This document shows, one piece after another, positions 21,057 to 31,245 of a stretch of DNA of 64,000 bases. The position numbers and the translations under genes are program-made. A model generated the notes under the pieces. That model saw only the letters and a program-made list of their open reading frames with translations, was not told the DNA's origin and did no database searches. How positions within the stretch are numbered: the stretch's first letter is position 1; every line of letters starts with the position of its first letter. The stretch is from the IMG/VR virus record IMGVR_UViG_3300035703_000005, positions 62,001 to 126,000 of that record; one strand, given 5' to 3'.

Positions 21057-21172
21057 ACACCAGGAATAATTTGGCCAGTAGTGAGATAAGCGCCAACAGC
21101 GGCGACGAATCCAAGCATAGCGAGACGACCATTCAGGCGTTCAGCTGTTTCAGTAAATCCAAAGTTTTTCAT
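21050..21172 (-). CDS. hli: high-light inducible protein (40 aa, absent from the ORF track)
   Basis: MKNFGFTETAERLNGRLAMLGFVAAVGAYLTTGQIIPGVW. Confidence 0.95.
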   Translation of the reverse strand: MKNFGFTETAERLNGRLAMLGFVAAVGAYLTTGQIIPGVW

Positions 21173-21183
21173 TTGATTTTTCC

Positions 21184-21270
21184 TCAATAAGTTTCAGATA
21201 GTTTTTCTACAGAATAACTCAGAAGCACAAAGAAGGCAACTGAAGTTAGAGTAAAGATTAGTTCAGTCAT
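21184..21270 (-). CDS. 28-aa single-TM peptide between the hli genes
   Basis: MTELIFTLTSVAFFVLLSYSVEKLSETY; start overlaps the upstream hli stop. Confidence 0.6.
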   Translation of the reverse strand: MTELIFTLTSVAFFVLLSYSVEKLSETY

Positions 21271-21464
21271 CAGAAGATGCCGAAGAAGAACTTACCAGTG
21301 ATAGCATAAGAAATAAACCCAGCAATAATACCGACCATTGCCCAGCGTCCATTGATGCGCTCCTTTACTTCTGTGGGGGAATACATCCCATAATTCTCAT
21401 AATACATCTGTGGTTCTTTAGCAAACATATTTTGCTGACCACGTTCATTAGTCGTTACTGTCAT
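21270..21464 (-). CDS. hli: high-light inducible protein
   Basis: ERINGRWAMVG. Confidence 0.92.
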   Translation of the reverse strand: MTVTTNERGQQNMFAKEPQMYYENYGMYSPTEVKERINGRWAMVGIIAGFISYAITGKFFFGIF

Positions 21465-21556
21465 TTCGTTTATTACGAATTGTTACACAATTATATAGGA
21501 AAAATAAAGGGGTGTCAAGCACCCCCCAGTATTATCCGATACTTTTTTGTCAGAAA

Positions 21557-22525
21557 TTACTGACCGATACGATTTACAGCAAGTCGTGAGCGATTCAAAA
21601 TGCTTCCAGAAAGAGGGACATAACCCAAGTCATCAGCAATTCCTTGTGCCTTACCACTCAAAGCATAATTGATGGCAGCACGAATATCACTTGTTTTAGC
21701 ACCATTACCATTCTTATAAGCAAGAATCCAAGTCAGAGTTGAGATTGGATATGCATTTGCACCAGAAGGATTTGGGTCTTCACCAGCAAGAGTTACGGGA
21801 TCAAGTTTGATGTTATTCAATGCTGCAGCACCAGACTTTGCGGTAGGAAGAACAAACTTACCTGCCTTATTTTGAATTGCTGCTGCCTGAAGACGATTTA
21901 CCTTCACAAATCCAGTATTCACATAACCAATGGCACCAGGAGTTTGTCGGATGTTTCCAGCAACACCTTCGTTACCTTTTCCACCAACACCAACAGTCCA
22001 CTTGACTGCCTTACCTACACCAGGACCCCAACCACCAAAAGCGTCCAGAGAATTAGTGAATGCAAAAGTAGTTCCAGACCCATCAGAACGATATACGACC
22101 CTCATCGGACCTGCAGCACAACCGACTTGTTTCCAGTCCTTAATACGACCAGAGAAAATATCAACGGTTTGCTTTTGAGTCAGTTTCAATTTACAACCAG
22201 GTTTGTTATAAGCAACTGCAATCGTTCCTCCGACCATAGGAATTTGAACGACACCACGCTTGACCTTTGCTGCTTCTGATGCCTTGATAGGTTCATCAGT
22301 AGCACCAAAGTCAACAGTTCCTGCAATATATTGACGGACACCAGCACCAGAACCTACTGACTGATAATTCACACGATTACCAGTTTGTTGTGAGTATTCT
22401 TGGAACCAACGTTGGTAGATAGGTGCAGGAAAAGTTGCGCCAGCACCATTCAGAGCAGGTCCAGCAAGTGCGGCAAAAGGTGCAGTAGCAAAAGTAATAG
22501 CAAAAATTTTAGTAGTGAGTTTCAT
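21557..22525 (-). CDS. pstS: phosphate-binding protein PstS
   Basis: GAGATFP, GSGAG, RSDGSGTT, YPI; signal peptide. Confidence 0.97.
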   Translation of the reverse strand: MKLTTKIFAITFATAPFAALAGPALNGAGATFPAPIYQRWFQEYSQQTGNRVNYQSVGSGAGVRQYIAGTVDFGATDEPIKASEAAKVKRGVVQIPMVGGTIAVAYNKPGCKLKLTQKQTVDIFSGRIKDWKQVGCAAGPMRVVYRSDGSGTTFAFTNSLDAFGGWGPGVGKAVKWTVGVGGKGNEGVAGNIRQTPGAIGYVNTGFVKVNRLQAAAIQNKAGKFVLPTAKSGAAALNNIKLDPVTLAGEDPNPSGANAYPISTLTWILAYKNGNGAKTSDIRAAINYALSGKAQGIADDLGYVPLSGSILNRSRLAVNRIGQ

Positions 22526-22548
22526 AAAAATTGAGAGACTACGAAAGA

Positions 22549-22588
22549 ATTATAGTATATGAAAGTTAAAAGATAGTTAAGTGTTAAG
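22549..22588 (-). promoter_or_regulatory. cyanobacterial Pho box with -10 element
   Basis: CTTAACTA-N3-TTTAACTT (11-bp period), extra CTTAACAC, then TATAAT. Confidence 0.7.
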
Positions 22589-22595
22589 GAATCAT

Positions 22596-22623
22596 AAAAA
22601 AACCACCCTAGAAAGGGGTGGTT
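22596..22623 (-). terminator. intrinsic terminator after the porin
   Basis: ACCACCCCT-loop-AGGGGTGGT followed by a T run. Confidence 0.75.
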
Positions 22624-22645
22624 CCACTCAAGATATGAGTAGTTA

Positions 22646-24124
22646 TCAGAAGGTAAACTTCGTCTGAATCACGCCACCAACATTGCTGGAAGCACCAGAG
22701 AATGCTTGGTTGTTGGAGACATAGAACAGAGCGGGAGTGACACTGATATTATCACTTACGCGATAACGATAGAACACTTCCCACATCGTTGCGTTTGCAG
22801 GGAGTCCCTGTGCGTTGCCAGGTTGTCCGATAGCAAATCCAGCAGCATTACCCTTCGCAAAGACATCGCTCCACTGAAGACCTACCATCCAGGTTTGAGA
22901 GTTGGTTGCATTGGTAGGAGTAGAAGGTCCTGCAACATAGTTCCAACCATAAGCAGCAGAAACAGAAGGAACCCAACCACTCTGCAGAGGTTGCCAGTAA
23001 GCATTGATTGCATAACCGTTAGAACCCTGATTTCCAGCAAGAGTTCCAGTAGCACCATTCAGACCATTGAAGGTACGAATACGAGTGCCTTGAGTGCCGT
23101 AACGATAACCGAAAGCAACACCCCAGTTAGGAGCACGATAACCAAGTTGTGCCAGAGTATTCAGACCACCAGTGGAGTTGAATACACCAGTCGAACTATT
23201 GTCACCATCTTGAGCAATATAGTTAAGACCAGCAACGATACCACCTTTCTTACCAGGTTGGACATACTGAATACCGAAACCTTGACCAGTTGCCTTGTTG
23301 TAGACACCAGGAGCACCAGCAACAGCAAAGAAGTCTAGAATGTCTGCCTTATAAGCAGAAGGAATCCATGCCATCTCAGTGTTACGAACCAGAGCACCAG
23401 CAGTCAGAGTTACACCCTTAGCAAGGGCAGGGAAACTGTAGTATAGACGGTCAATGATTACACCATCGGCAGTGGTTTCTGCCTTATCCAGTTTAAAGAG
23501 TGAACCAGAGGAACCAAAAGGTTGACTGGAGAAATTACCACTACGCAGACGAGTGCGAAGCAGATCCTTACCAGTAAACGAAGTATCAAAATTCAGACGG
23601 AGGTCATAGTTGAAAGCAGTGTTTCCAACTTGAGTTCCATTACGAAGTTGAGCACCACTTACACCACCAAGAATGAAGTTTGCTTCACCACGAAGTTTGG
23701 TAGTAGTGGAGAACTGTTGTGCTTCCAGAACACCAACTTTCTTTTCCAGACCATCAACGCGACCACGAAGGACAGCAAGTTCCGATTGGAATTCGTTAAG
23801 TAGACGACGAAATTCGTCAGTGGTTTCAGTCACACGTTCAAGGCAAGCATTCAGAAGTGCTGCTGCCTCAAAACGAGTCATTGCCTTTCCACCACCAAAA
23901 GTTCCGTTAGGGTAACCAGCAACACACCCATAACGCTCTACAAGGTTAGAAAGTGCCTGATATGCCCAATCGGTAGGTTGGACATCAGAGAATTGTGAAA
24001 CACTCGTAACCTGACTCTCAGAGTATTGATTGACTTCTACCATATTCAGATCTGCGGCATTCGCAGCAACAGGAGCAACCATTCCCAGAGCAACAGGTGC
24101 GAGCATCAGTTGTTTGAGTTTCAT
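22646..24124 (-). CDS. cyanobacterial SLH-domain outer-membrane porin (Som/OprB-like)
   Basis: FSDVQPTDWAYQAL..LVERYGC, QFSTTTKLRGE, C-terminal Phe. Confidence 0.95.
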   Translation of the reverse strand: MKLKQLMLAPVALGMVAPVAANAADLNMVEVNQYSESQVTSVSQFSDVQPTDWAYQALSNLVERYGCVAGYPNGTFGGGKAMTRFEAAALLNACLERVTETTDEFRRLLNEFQSELAVLRGRVDGLEKKVGVLEAQQFSTTTKLRGEANFILGGVSGAQLRNGTQVGNTAFNYDLRLNFDTSFTGKDLLRTRLRSGNFSSQPFGSSGSLFKLDKAETTADGVIIDRLYYSFPALAKGVTLTAGALVRNTEMAWIPSAYKADILDFFAVAGAPGVYNKATGQGFGIQYVQPGKKGGIVAGLNYIAQDGDNSSTGVFNSTGGLNTLAQLGYRAPNWGVAFGYRYGTQGTRIRTFNGLNGATGTLAGNQGSNGYAINAYWQPLQSGWVPSVSAAYGWNYVAGPSTPTNATNSQTWMVGLQWSDVFAKGNAAGFAIGQPGNAQGLPANATMWEVFYRYRVSDNISVTPALFYVSNNQAFSGASSNVGGVIQTKFTF

Positions 24125-24311
24125 AAAATTTGTTTTTTAGTACTAAACGACATTGTACTTTAGAGTTACTTGAACTCCTAGTATTTTAAACCACATAATA
24201 GCGCGAGTAGTTGGGGCGCCTCTCATGCGTCTCTATTTAGAGAGTCTTAAGAAAGACTTAAGATTTCACATATATTACTACGATTTTGACAATCTGTCAA
24301 CTAAGAACAAG

Positions 24312-25133
24312 TTAAGAAGTTTGTTGTTGAGCCTCGGATGTTCTTCCCAAATAAGGATCATAGTCCATAAGTTTTTCAATTTCTAAGTCAGAACCACGAG
24401 TTTCCCAAAGATTACGAAGACCATCGTGAGATCCACGATGAAAAATTTCAATGTGTTCTGGGTGAATAGAAGAACCCAATTCAATTTTATAAAGGAAAAG
24501 AGGAATAGCAAAAGTATTTCCAGAATTATAAATCAAGTCATCAGCAACTGCACGAGGTTTGATTGCATAATCAAGTTTATATTTTTCTCCACGACAATGG
24601 AACTTTACAACTTTTTCAGCATGATGACGAGTAATTATATAACAAGCTGTAGAAAAGTCGTTTACAAATCTACGATGAAGATTTACATGTAAAGTTCCTG
24701 GACAAATGATTGCAAGTTGAACTACATCATAATCATATGGAAGTCGTGCAATGAATTGATTCCAAGTGAAGTTCCAATACTTTGCAACACTAATGTCAAC
24801 ATCGTCTTCCATAACAATACAATATGGAGAATCGGATGTTTCCAAATAATGTTTAAGAAGTTTAAGGTGCGAAGTCACACAACCAATCTCACCCGAACTC
24901 ATATTTTCCGGATATCTCCCATGAATAATATCACTTAGATCATCATTTCTACCATCATAAGCAGAAATACGTTCATAATTCTCCACTTCCCAATAAGAAA
25001 ACATATCTTCCATATATTGTTTTCTTTCTGGTTGATCATCCAGATTAATATAATAGATAGGGCCCATGCCCTTAAGTTTATAAGAGGCTTTGTTTTTATC
25101 CATTACAAGAGATTCCATCAGATAACTTCCCAT
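24312..25133 (-). CDS. glycosyltransferase family 25
   Basis: YINLD..ER, GEIGCVTSH, MEDD. Confidence 0.85.
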   Translation of the reverse strand: MGSYLMESLVMDKNKASYKLKGMGPIYYINLDDQPERKQYMEDMFSYWEVENYERISAYDGRNDDLSDIIHGRYPENMSSGEIGCVTSHLKLLKHYLETSDSPYCIVMEDDVDISVAKYWNFTWNQFIARLPYDYDVVQLAIICPGTLHVNLHRRFVNDFSTACYIITRHHAEKVVKFHCRGEKYKLDYAIKPRAVADDLIYNSGNTFAIPLFLYKIELGSSIHPEHIEIFHRGSHDGLRNLWETRGSDLEIEKLMDYDPYLGRTSEAQQQTS

Positions 25134-25972
25134 CCTTCACAATAAAGATCATCAGTAATCTTGTCCGCATAAGCAGGACCAAACCACATCTTAGGTGCTA
25201 CAATCTTACCAACACCACGTTGCAACCAAGCACCCCACCAAGACAATGAAGAGTTGGCGATAATACCACCCTTACAATTTGACATAATACACAAATCAAC
25301 ATAAGGAGTATAAGATCCATCAGGATACTTTTCCTCTGGAGTAGAAACATAAAAACGATCTGGTTTGAAGAGTTCTTGTTCAAGAACCCACTCAGGAGAA
25401 TCTGAAACTATTACAACTTCTTGATCCTCAGGGAAGAGTTTCAAAGCTTTTTCATAATACTCAATAGGTTGTGGTGGATGTTGATCCGAACACTTGGTAT
25501 AAGACCACTCAAATCCACGAGCATCTACAAGGTTAGGATCGCCGCGACGAACATGAAGAAAAATTGGATCTTTAAGTTCATCAAGAAATCCTTTTACTGG
25601 AATCATCAAGTCATCATGAAAAGTAAAATCTTTAAAAATTTCGTCTTTGATGTGTTCAAAGTATTTTTCTGTTTGAAAAAATCCTTGAATAGATACATCA
25701 TTAGGACAAAGTTCGAGAAGTTCTTTGTCAAAATGAAACTGTTTTTCTTGAACAATGGGTGCAAATCCTCTATCAAGAATATACAAATTTGTCGGTTTTA
25801 CAGACTCAAGGGTAAAACAATTTGATAAACTATAATTATCAATTCTACGAGTATTGTATGGAGGGATACACCAGTCATATCCTTTTGCAGCTGCAATACC
25901 CCGTAGTGCTGCATACTGAAACATCTGGTTTCCTAAACGACCAATGTTTCCTAGTTCATTAAACGCTAACAT
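25118..25972 (-). CDS. glycosyltransferase family 11
   Basis: GRLGNQMFQYA, HVRRGD, ANSSLSWWGAWL. Confidence 0.92.
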   Translation of the reverse strand: MLAFNELGNIGRLGNQMFQYAALRGIAAAKGYDWCIPPYNTRRIDNYSLSNCFTLESVKPTNLYILDRGFAPIVQEKQFHFDKELLELCPNDVSIQGFFQTEKYFEHIKDEIFKDFTFHDDLMIPVKGFLDELKDPIFLHVRRGDPNLVDARGFEWSYTKCSDQHPPQPIEYYEKALKLFPEDQEVVIVSDSPEWVLEQELFKPDRFYVSTPEEKYPDGSYTPYVDLCIMSNCKGGIIANSSLSWWGAWLQRGVGKIVAPKMWFGPAYADKITDDLYCEGWEVI

Positions 25973-26780
25973 TTAATTGTTCTCCTCTCTTTTTAACGTA
26001 CTCTTGTTGTTGATAGTATTGTAATAATTTAGGTGCATCCCAAGTTCTAATATTTTGCCAGAGATTATGATTATCCATAAACTTTGGATTGTGATAATGA
26101 GAATTGAAAGTTCTACCGTGTTCAAAATGATAGATGTCTTCATTCACTCTGGCAACTTTAAATCCAAAAGAGTTTAACCTAAAATAAAACTCACAGTCTT
26201 CTGCTCCCCAAGATATAAAGTTTTCATTCCAAAGACCAGCCTTAATTTGAACTTCTTTTTTTAACATTTGACCCCAACCAATAGAAGAGGCAACTCTAAA
26301 CTTAGAATCGTTTAAAACATTAAAATTGAAATTAGAATCTAAAAATTCAAATAAAAGTTCTTCAGAATAATTTACTGCCCATTGATATACTCCGCATCCA
26401 AAGGGGTATACGACATCTACATTTTCAGAAATTATTGCATCATATGCAATTTCATAACTACGTTTTGGTAGTATGATATCTACATCATGATTATAAATGA
26501 TTTCAGTCTCAGAAGCAACTAGTAAATCATTTAAAATTTTTGTTTTATGAAAAAACTTTTCGTCACTCTCTTCGAAAATATGTGTAAGATTTTTAGTATC
26601 TGCATATTTGGCAATAACTGGCAAAGCTCTAAACTTGAACTTAGAGTGACTATCAACTTCTTTAAGTATTATTTTTGATTCTGGAAAATTTTTTAGAAGA
26701 TATGTAACTGAAGTAACTACATTTTTAAGTCTATCTTCAGACTCAATACGACATGGTAATAAAAACGTTAAATTTTTCAT
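25959..26780 (-). CDS. GT-A glycosyltransferase (GT2/GT7-like)
   Basis: HDVD, WNENFISWGAED. Confidence 0.8.
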   Translation of the reverse strand: MKNLTFLLPCRIESEDRLKNVVTSVTYLLKNFPESKIILKEVDSHSKFKFRALPVIAKYADTKNLTHIFEESDEKFFHKTKILNDLLVASETEIIYNHDVDIILPKRSYEIAYDAIISENVDVVYPFGCGVYQWAVNYSEELLFEFLDSNFNFNVLNDSKFRVASSIGWGQMLKKEVQIKAGLWNENFISWGAEDCEFYFRLNSFGFKVARVNEDIYHFEHGRTFNSHYHNPKFMDNHNLWQNIRTWDAPKLLQYYQQQEYVKKRGEQLNVSV

Positions 26781-27673
26781 GTTTCTGCGGGAACTGGAGA
26801 TGGGTCATTATAAATTTTTATCCACCTTTCAGGGATCATATCTTTCATATTATAGTGAGCGTAAGCAGGTCCAAACCATGGTTCAGGAGCAATTACTTTA
26901 CCTGAATCATTTTGTAACCATGCGCCCCACCAAGAAAGAGAAGAGTTGGCGATAATTGCACCACCACAAAGAGACATAAGACAAAGATCAATGTAAGGGA
27001 CTGAAGCACCGTCTCCGAAGGTCTCATAAGAAGAATCGGAAAAATGGAAACGATCTCCTTGCAACCAATCTTGACGTTTACACCAGTCAATAAGATCGGA
27101 AACTACAATAACATTCTTGTCTTCTGGAAATTGTTTCAGGGCTTCAAGATAATAATCAACTTTACAAAGTGGGTGATATTCTTGTACCATCTGATAAGAC
27201 CACTTTTCGCCTCTTCTGCCAGTCAGATTAGGAGATCCACGACGAACATGAAGGAAGATACAATTTTCTCTACCACCTAATGAATCAATGTATTCCTGAC
27301 AAGGTTCCAGATAATAACTCTTAAAAGTAAAATCTTCTCGAATACTATCAGCAATAGCCTCAAAATATTTCTCTGTCTGAAAGTTACCTGAAAAGTTTGT
27401 ATTGTCCTCACACTTATTGAAGATTTCTTCATTGAAGTGCATATCACGATACTCTACAGTCTTGTAGAATGGTTCTCCAGTATTCTTTTCTAGATCACAA
27501 TTAGTTAATTCAAATGCATCAAACAATCCATAATTGTCTAAACGATCTGCATCTGGTCCAGGAACCACCCAATCAAATCCTCGATTTGCAGCAAGACCGC
27601 GAATAAATGCGTATTGAAACATTTGGTTTCCAAGGCGCCCCTCGTTACCAAGTCCTTTAAATGAAACAGCCAT
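26777..27673 (-). CDS. glycosyltransferase family 11
   Basis: GRLGNQMFQYA, HVRRG, ANSSLSWWGAWL. Confidence 0.92.
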   Translation of the reverse strand: MAVSFKGLGNEGRLGNQMFQYAFIRGLAANRGFDWVVPGPDADRLDNYGLFDAFELTNCDLEKNTGEPFYKTVEYRDMHFNEEIFNKCEDNTNFSGNFQTEKYFEAIADSIREDFTFKSYYLEPCQEYIDSLGGRENCIFLHVRRGSPNLTGRRGEKWSYQMVQEYHPLCKVDYYLEALKQFPEDKNVIVVSDLIDWCKRQDWLQGDRFHFSDSSYETFGDGASVPYIDLCLMSLCGGAIIANSSLSWWGAWLQNDSGKVIAPEPWFGPAYAHYNMKDMIPERWIKIYNDPSPVPAET

Positions 27674-28533
27674 TACTTACTCCACTCTTGAATAATCCAA
27701 CGATCAGGTACGATATCTGAAGTATCTAGGTGAGTCATTGCAGTACCAAACCACTTCTTAGGATCTGGAGCAACTATCTTACCTCTATCGTTCTGTAACC
27801 ATGCACCCCACCATGAAAACGATGAGTTTGCAATGATAGCGCCAGAACAAAGACTCATTAGACACAGATCAACCTGTGGTAAAAGAGTATTCTGCATTTG
27901 GCCAGTACCATCAATAGTACGGTACGTATATCTACCATTACTTTCATTAAACAAGAAACGATCTTGTTTGAAGAACTCTTGGGATTTGCACCATTTAATA
28001 TCGTCTGTGAATACGAAACACTGAGTATCATCAGACCAATTACTCAACGCTTCTTCAAAAAATGAAATTGGGAGAATTGGATGGTATTGTTCTCTTCCGA
28101 TATTATCACTTTGTCTAATATGAAGAAAAATAGGAGGAGTATCCAAAGAATCAATGTACTCTTTACAAGGAGTAAGGTAATCCTTTTTAAATGTAAAATC
28201 TTCACGAATCTCTTTATCAATATGACTGAAATATTTTTCAGTTTGAAAATAACCATCAAGACTTACATTATCTGGACATTCGTCAAAAAATTCTGGAATA
28301 AAACAATGATCATTCTCCTGAATGTACTCACCATTCACAAATCCAATATTTAGAGGTTTAACATTTGTAAGTTCAAATGTTTCAAAAAGACCATAATTAT
28401 CTTTATGATCATAAGTATCAGGGGGAATGCACCAATCATATCCTCGTTTTGCAGCAATACCTCTGAGTGCTGCATACTGGAACATTTGATTACCTAGGCG
28501 ACCATTACTTCCTAGTCTATTATAGCCAATCAT
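27673..28533 (-). CDS. glycosyltransferase family 11
   Basis: GRLGNQMFQYA, HIRQSD, ANSSFSWWGAWL. Confidence 0.9.
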   Translation of the reverse strand: MIGYNRLGSNGRLGNQMFQYAALRGIAAKRGYDWCIPPDTYDHKDNYGLFETFELTNVKPLNIGFVNGEYIQENDHCFIPEFFDECPDNVSLDGYFQTEKYFSHIDKEIREDFTFKKDYLTPCKEYIDSLDTPPIFLHIRQSDNIGREQYHPILPISFFEEALSNWSDDTQCFVFTDDIKWCKSQEFFKQDRFLFNESNGRYTYRTIDGTGQMQNTLLPQVDLCLMSLCSGAIIANSSFSWWGAWLQNDRGKIVAPDPKKWFGTAMTHLDTSDIVPDRWIIQEWSK

Positions 28534-29675
28534 AAATTAATTGCAATTGTTTTGATATCTTCAGGTGGTTTACCAAACTTGACTCTATCACCATACTCTC
28601 CAGTCAAAAATTCTTTTACTTGAGAAATAATAGAATCAACATCATCAATGTATACAATGTATCCTGCATCTAAAAGATCTTGGCACAAAATATATTGTTG
28701 ACTCTCGGTAAGAATATCAGTTCCTTTCTTATATGAAATATAACTGAAATAGTAGGGACGATTATCTTTATTCTTTTCTACAAAATACTTTTTAAGAAAC
28801 TTGGAATGTTCGTAGTTAAAGTTATCCGTAGTTTCTCCTAGATTATAAGTTAATCCAAGTTTTTTCGCAAATGCAGCAAAAGATCTGTTATCCCTTGGAA
28901 GACATGGACCACCGAATCCATATCCATATCTGAGATATTTAGTTCCTACTCTAGAATCGTTTCCAATTGCATTTAAAACAATCTCAATCTCTTCTTCCAT
29001 TCCAGCCATGGTCATCACTTCACCAACCATATTTGCATAACTGATCTTGGTTGTGAGATAACAATTAACCGCAAGTTTCACAAGTTCTGCAGCAGTCAGA
29101 GACATGCGACTAATTTTGGGTTTGATAACCTGAATCTTTTTATACATCTCGGAGAGATAATCCATTACCTCTTCATTATCCCCACCAATCAGAACCATAT
29201 CCGCATGAGTGAGATCTTTAATAATTGAACCTTGAGCAATAAACTCAGGATTATAAATTACACTCACGCCATAAGGACGAAGTGTATCTTGGAATCTTTC
29301 ACAATCTCCTGGATTTGTAGTGCATCCAACAACTAAAGTTTTACCTTGAACATTTGAAGATTCTTGGAAATCACGAACAACATCCCACACAGAACTTACG
29401 TCATAAGATCCATCAGGAGAAGATGGAGTTGCAACAAGAGTAAAGACAATATCACACTCCGCAATAACTTTCTTATTGTCAGTAGTTGCTTCAATATTCG
29501 TTGCTTCTTTTAAGTGTTCAGTAACATGCGGTTCTGCAGTTTGAATAATTTTTTTATTGAGGCTATCTACATAATCCTCACGAATATCAGAGACAAGGAC
29601 ATCATATCCTGCATTTTCCATGAGAAGTGCAAGACAAATTCCAAGTCTTCCTGCGCCGATTAATCCAATTTTCAT
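28530..29675 (-). CDS. UDP-glucose/GDP-mannose dehydrogenase family protein
   Basis: GAGRLG, NPEF, AELVK, GFGGPCLPRD. Confidence 0.9.
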   Translation of the reverse strand: MKIGLIGAGRLGICLALLMENAGYDVLVSDIREDYVDSLNKKIIQTAEPHVTEHLKEATNIEATTDNKKVIAECDIVFTLVATPSSPDGSYDVSSVWDVVRDFQESSNVQGKTLVVGCTTNPGDCERFQDTLRPYGVSVIYNPEFIAQGSIIKDLTHADMVLIGGDNEEVMDYLSEMYKKIQVIKPKISRMSLTAAELVKLAVNCYLTTKISYANMVGEVMTMAGMEEEIEIVLNAIGNDSRVGTKYLRYGYGFGGPCLPRDNRSFAAFAKKLGLTYNLGETTDNFNYEHSKFLKKYFVEKNKDNRPYYFSYISYKKGTDILTESQQYILCQDLLDAGYIVYIDDVDSIISQVKEFLTGEYGDRVKFGKPPEDIKTIAINL

Positions 29676-30463
29676 AGTTTGAATGTAGGAATTTCCGTCA
29701 TTTTATGTTTATTTTGCATATGAAACTTCTGATACACGTTAATTGCATTGATCTGTTCTTCACTCAAGAACATTGGATCTTCATGTAATCCCTTTTCCAT
29801 GACCCATTCTAACATTGAATAGGAAGTTCCAATTTGGTCTTCATCCGTTCTACCATCATCCCACAAACCATCTGTAGGAGGTGCAGAAATAATTCTTTCA
29901 TCTACTCCAAGATGTTCACCAAGCATCCATACTTCGGTCTTATAAAGATCTGCAATAGGAGCAATATCAATACCACCATCACCATACTTAGTGTAGAAAC
30001 CTACACCATAATCTTCAACCTTATTACCAGTACCAACAACAATACCATTTACGGAAGTTGCAATCTGATAAAGAGTTATCATGCGAAGTCTTGAACGAGT
30101 ATTAGCTTGTGCAAGTTTATTTGTTGCAAAGTTTTCCCCAATATCATTAGAAATTGTCTGGAGAAAAGAATCATAGACCGAACTCATATCAGTCTTGATA
30201 AAAGTTACATTATTAAATTTTTTAGTTAGTTGTTCGCCATGAGCATCAGAAAGAGACTCCTGATTCTCAAGTTGATTAATAGGCATTCCAACCACATAAG
30301 TTGGCATACCAGTCAAAGCACAAAGAGTAGAAACCACGGAAGAATCAATTCCTCCAGAAATTCCCACTACAAGACTCTTGATTTTGGGATGAGTAAGACA
30401 ATACTCAGAAATCCATCCTACAATGCGATCTTCTAACTCATCATAGTCTTTGATACGATTCAT
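29672..30463 (-). CDS. nadE: NH3-dependent NAD+ synthetase
   Basis: GISGGIDS, RLRM, GTGNKVE, FYTKYGDGG, PTDGLW. Confidence 0.95.
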   Translation of the reverse strand: MNRIKDYDELEDRIVGWISEYCLTHPKIKSLVVGISGGIDSSVVSTLCALTGMPTYVVGMPINQLENQESLSDAHGEQLTKKFNNVTFIKTDMSSVYDSFLQTISNDIGENFATNKLAQANTRSRLRMITLYQIATSVNGIVVGTGNKVEDYGVGFYTKYGDGGIDIAPIADLYKTEVWMLGEHLGVDERIISAPPTDGLWDDGRTDEDQIGTSYSMLEWVMEKGLHEDPMFLSEEQINAINVYQKFHMQNKHKMTEIPTFKL

Positions 30464-31245
30464 GATTCTTTTACCTTGGCGAGAATTACAGTGTTTTCGT
30501 AATCTTTATTCGTGGTGAACTCAAATCGTTCACTCATCCTTTCGGTAAACTTATTATAGTAGAAATCATTAAAGTTGACAAGATTGTAGATAATGTAAGC
30601 AAACTTAGAATTGGATACCAATTTATCATAATAATTTACTTGAGTTTCATAATCACACTCGGAAAGAGCATAATTACTAATAAACAAATCTACATCCTTT
30701 ACCTCTTCAAGTTCATCACAAGGAACAAATTTACACTTTGCATAAAGTTCAGGAAAGTTTTTGAGATACTTTTCTTGAACTGCAACAGCTTCTGGGAGAT
30801 CAACTAAAATATATTCATCAAAATCACAGACAACACTCAAGGTCTTACAAAGTCCGCCATACCCGCCACCAACTTCAACTACACGACTAATAGGATATTC
30901 TCCAAGAAGAGTCGCCATCTCAAATACATTTTTAATGTATCGGATTGTAGTGGGAGAGATTTTACCCGTTTCTGGATAAGAGAACCTATCGGGAGTCCCG
31001 ATAGTATCGTTCTCTTTAAAAGCTTCTAGATTTTCAAATAGTGCATCTTCAGCCATTTCCATGGCAACTTGAAGATACTCTGTACCTTGTCTAGGAGTTA
31101 CGTGTTCAAGAATATTTTTATATCCTTGAAGTGATTTAAATTTTGCAAATATTTCATCATCAGCAACTGCACTGCGGCAAGTCTCTAGATAATCAATTGC
31201 AATTTGTTCTTCGGCTTCCCAGCCTTTATAAGTACTCATTTCCAA
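30460..31245 (-). CDS. putative sugar O-methyltransferase
   Basis: VEVGGGYGG, VDLPE, ISNYALSE. Confidence 0.8.
   Translation of the reverse strand: MEMSTYKGWEAEEQIAIDYLETCRSAVADDEIFAKFKSLQGYKNILEHVTPRQGTEYLQVAMEMAEDALFENLEAFKENDTIGTPDRFSYPETGKISPTTIRYIKNVFEMATLLGEYPISRVVEVGGGYGGLCKTLSVVCDFDEYILVDLPEAVAVQEKYLKNFPELYAKCKFVPCDELEEVKDVDLFISNYALSECDYETQVNYYDKLVSNSKFAYIIYNLVNFNDFYYNKFTERMSERFEFTTNKDYENTVILAKVKES

Noticed and set aside
22706-23915. Long + strand ORFs opposite the porin (similar ones lie opposite psbA, pstS and nrdB)
   Set aside because: Antisense shadows of codon-biased genes
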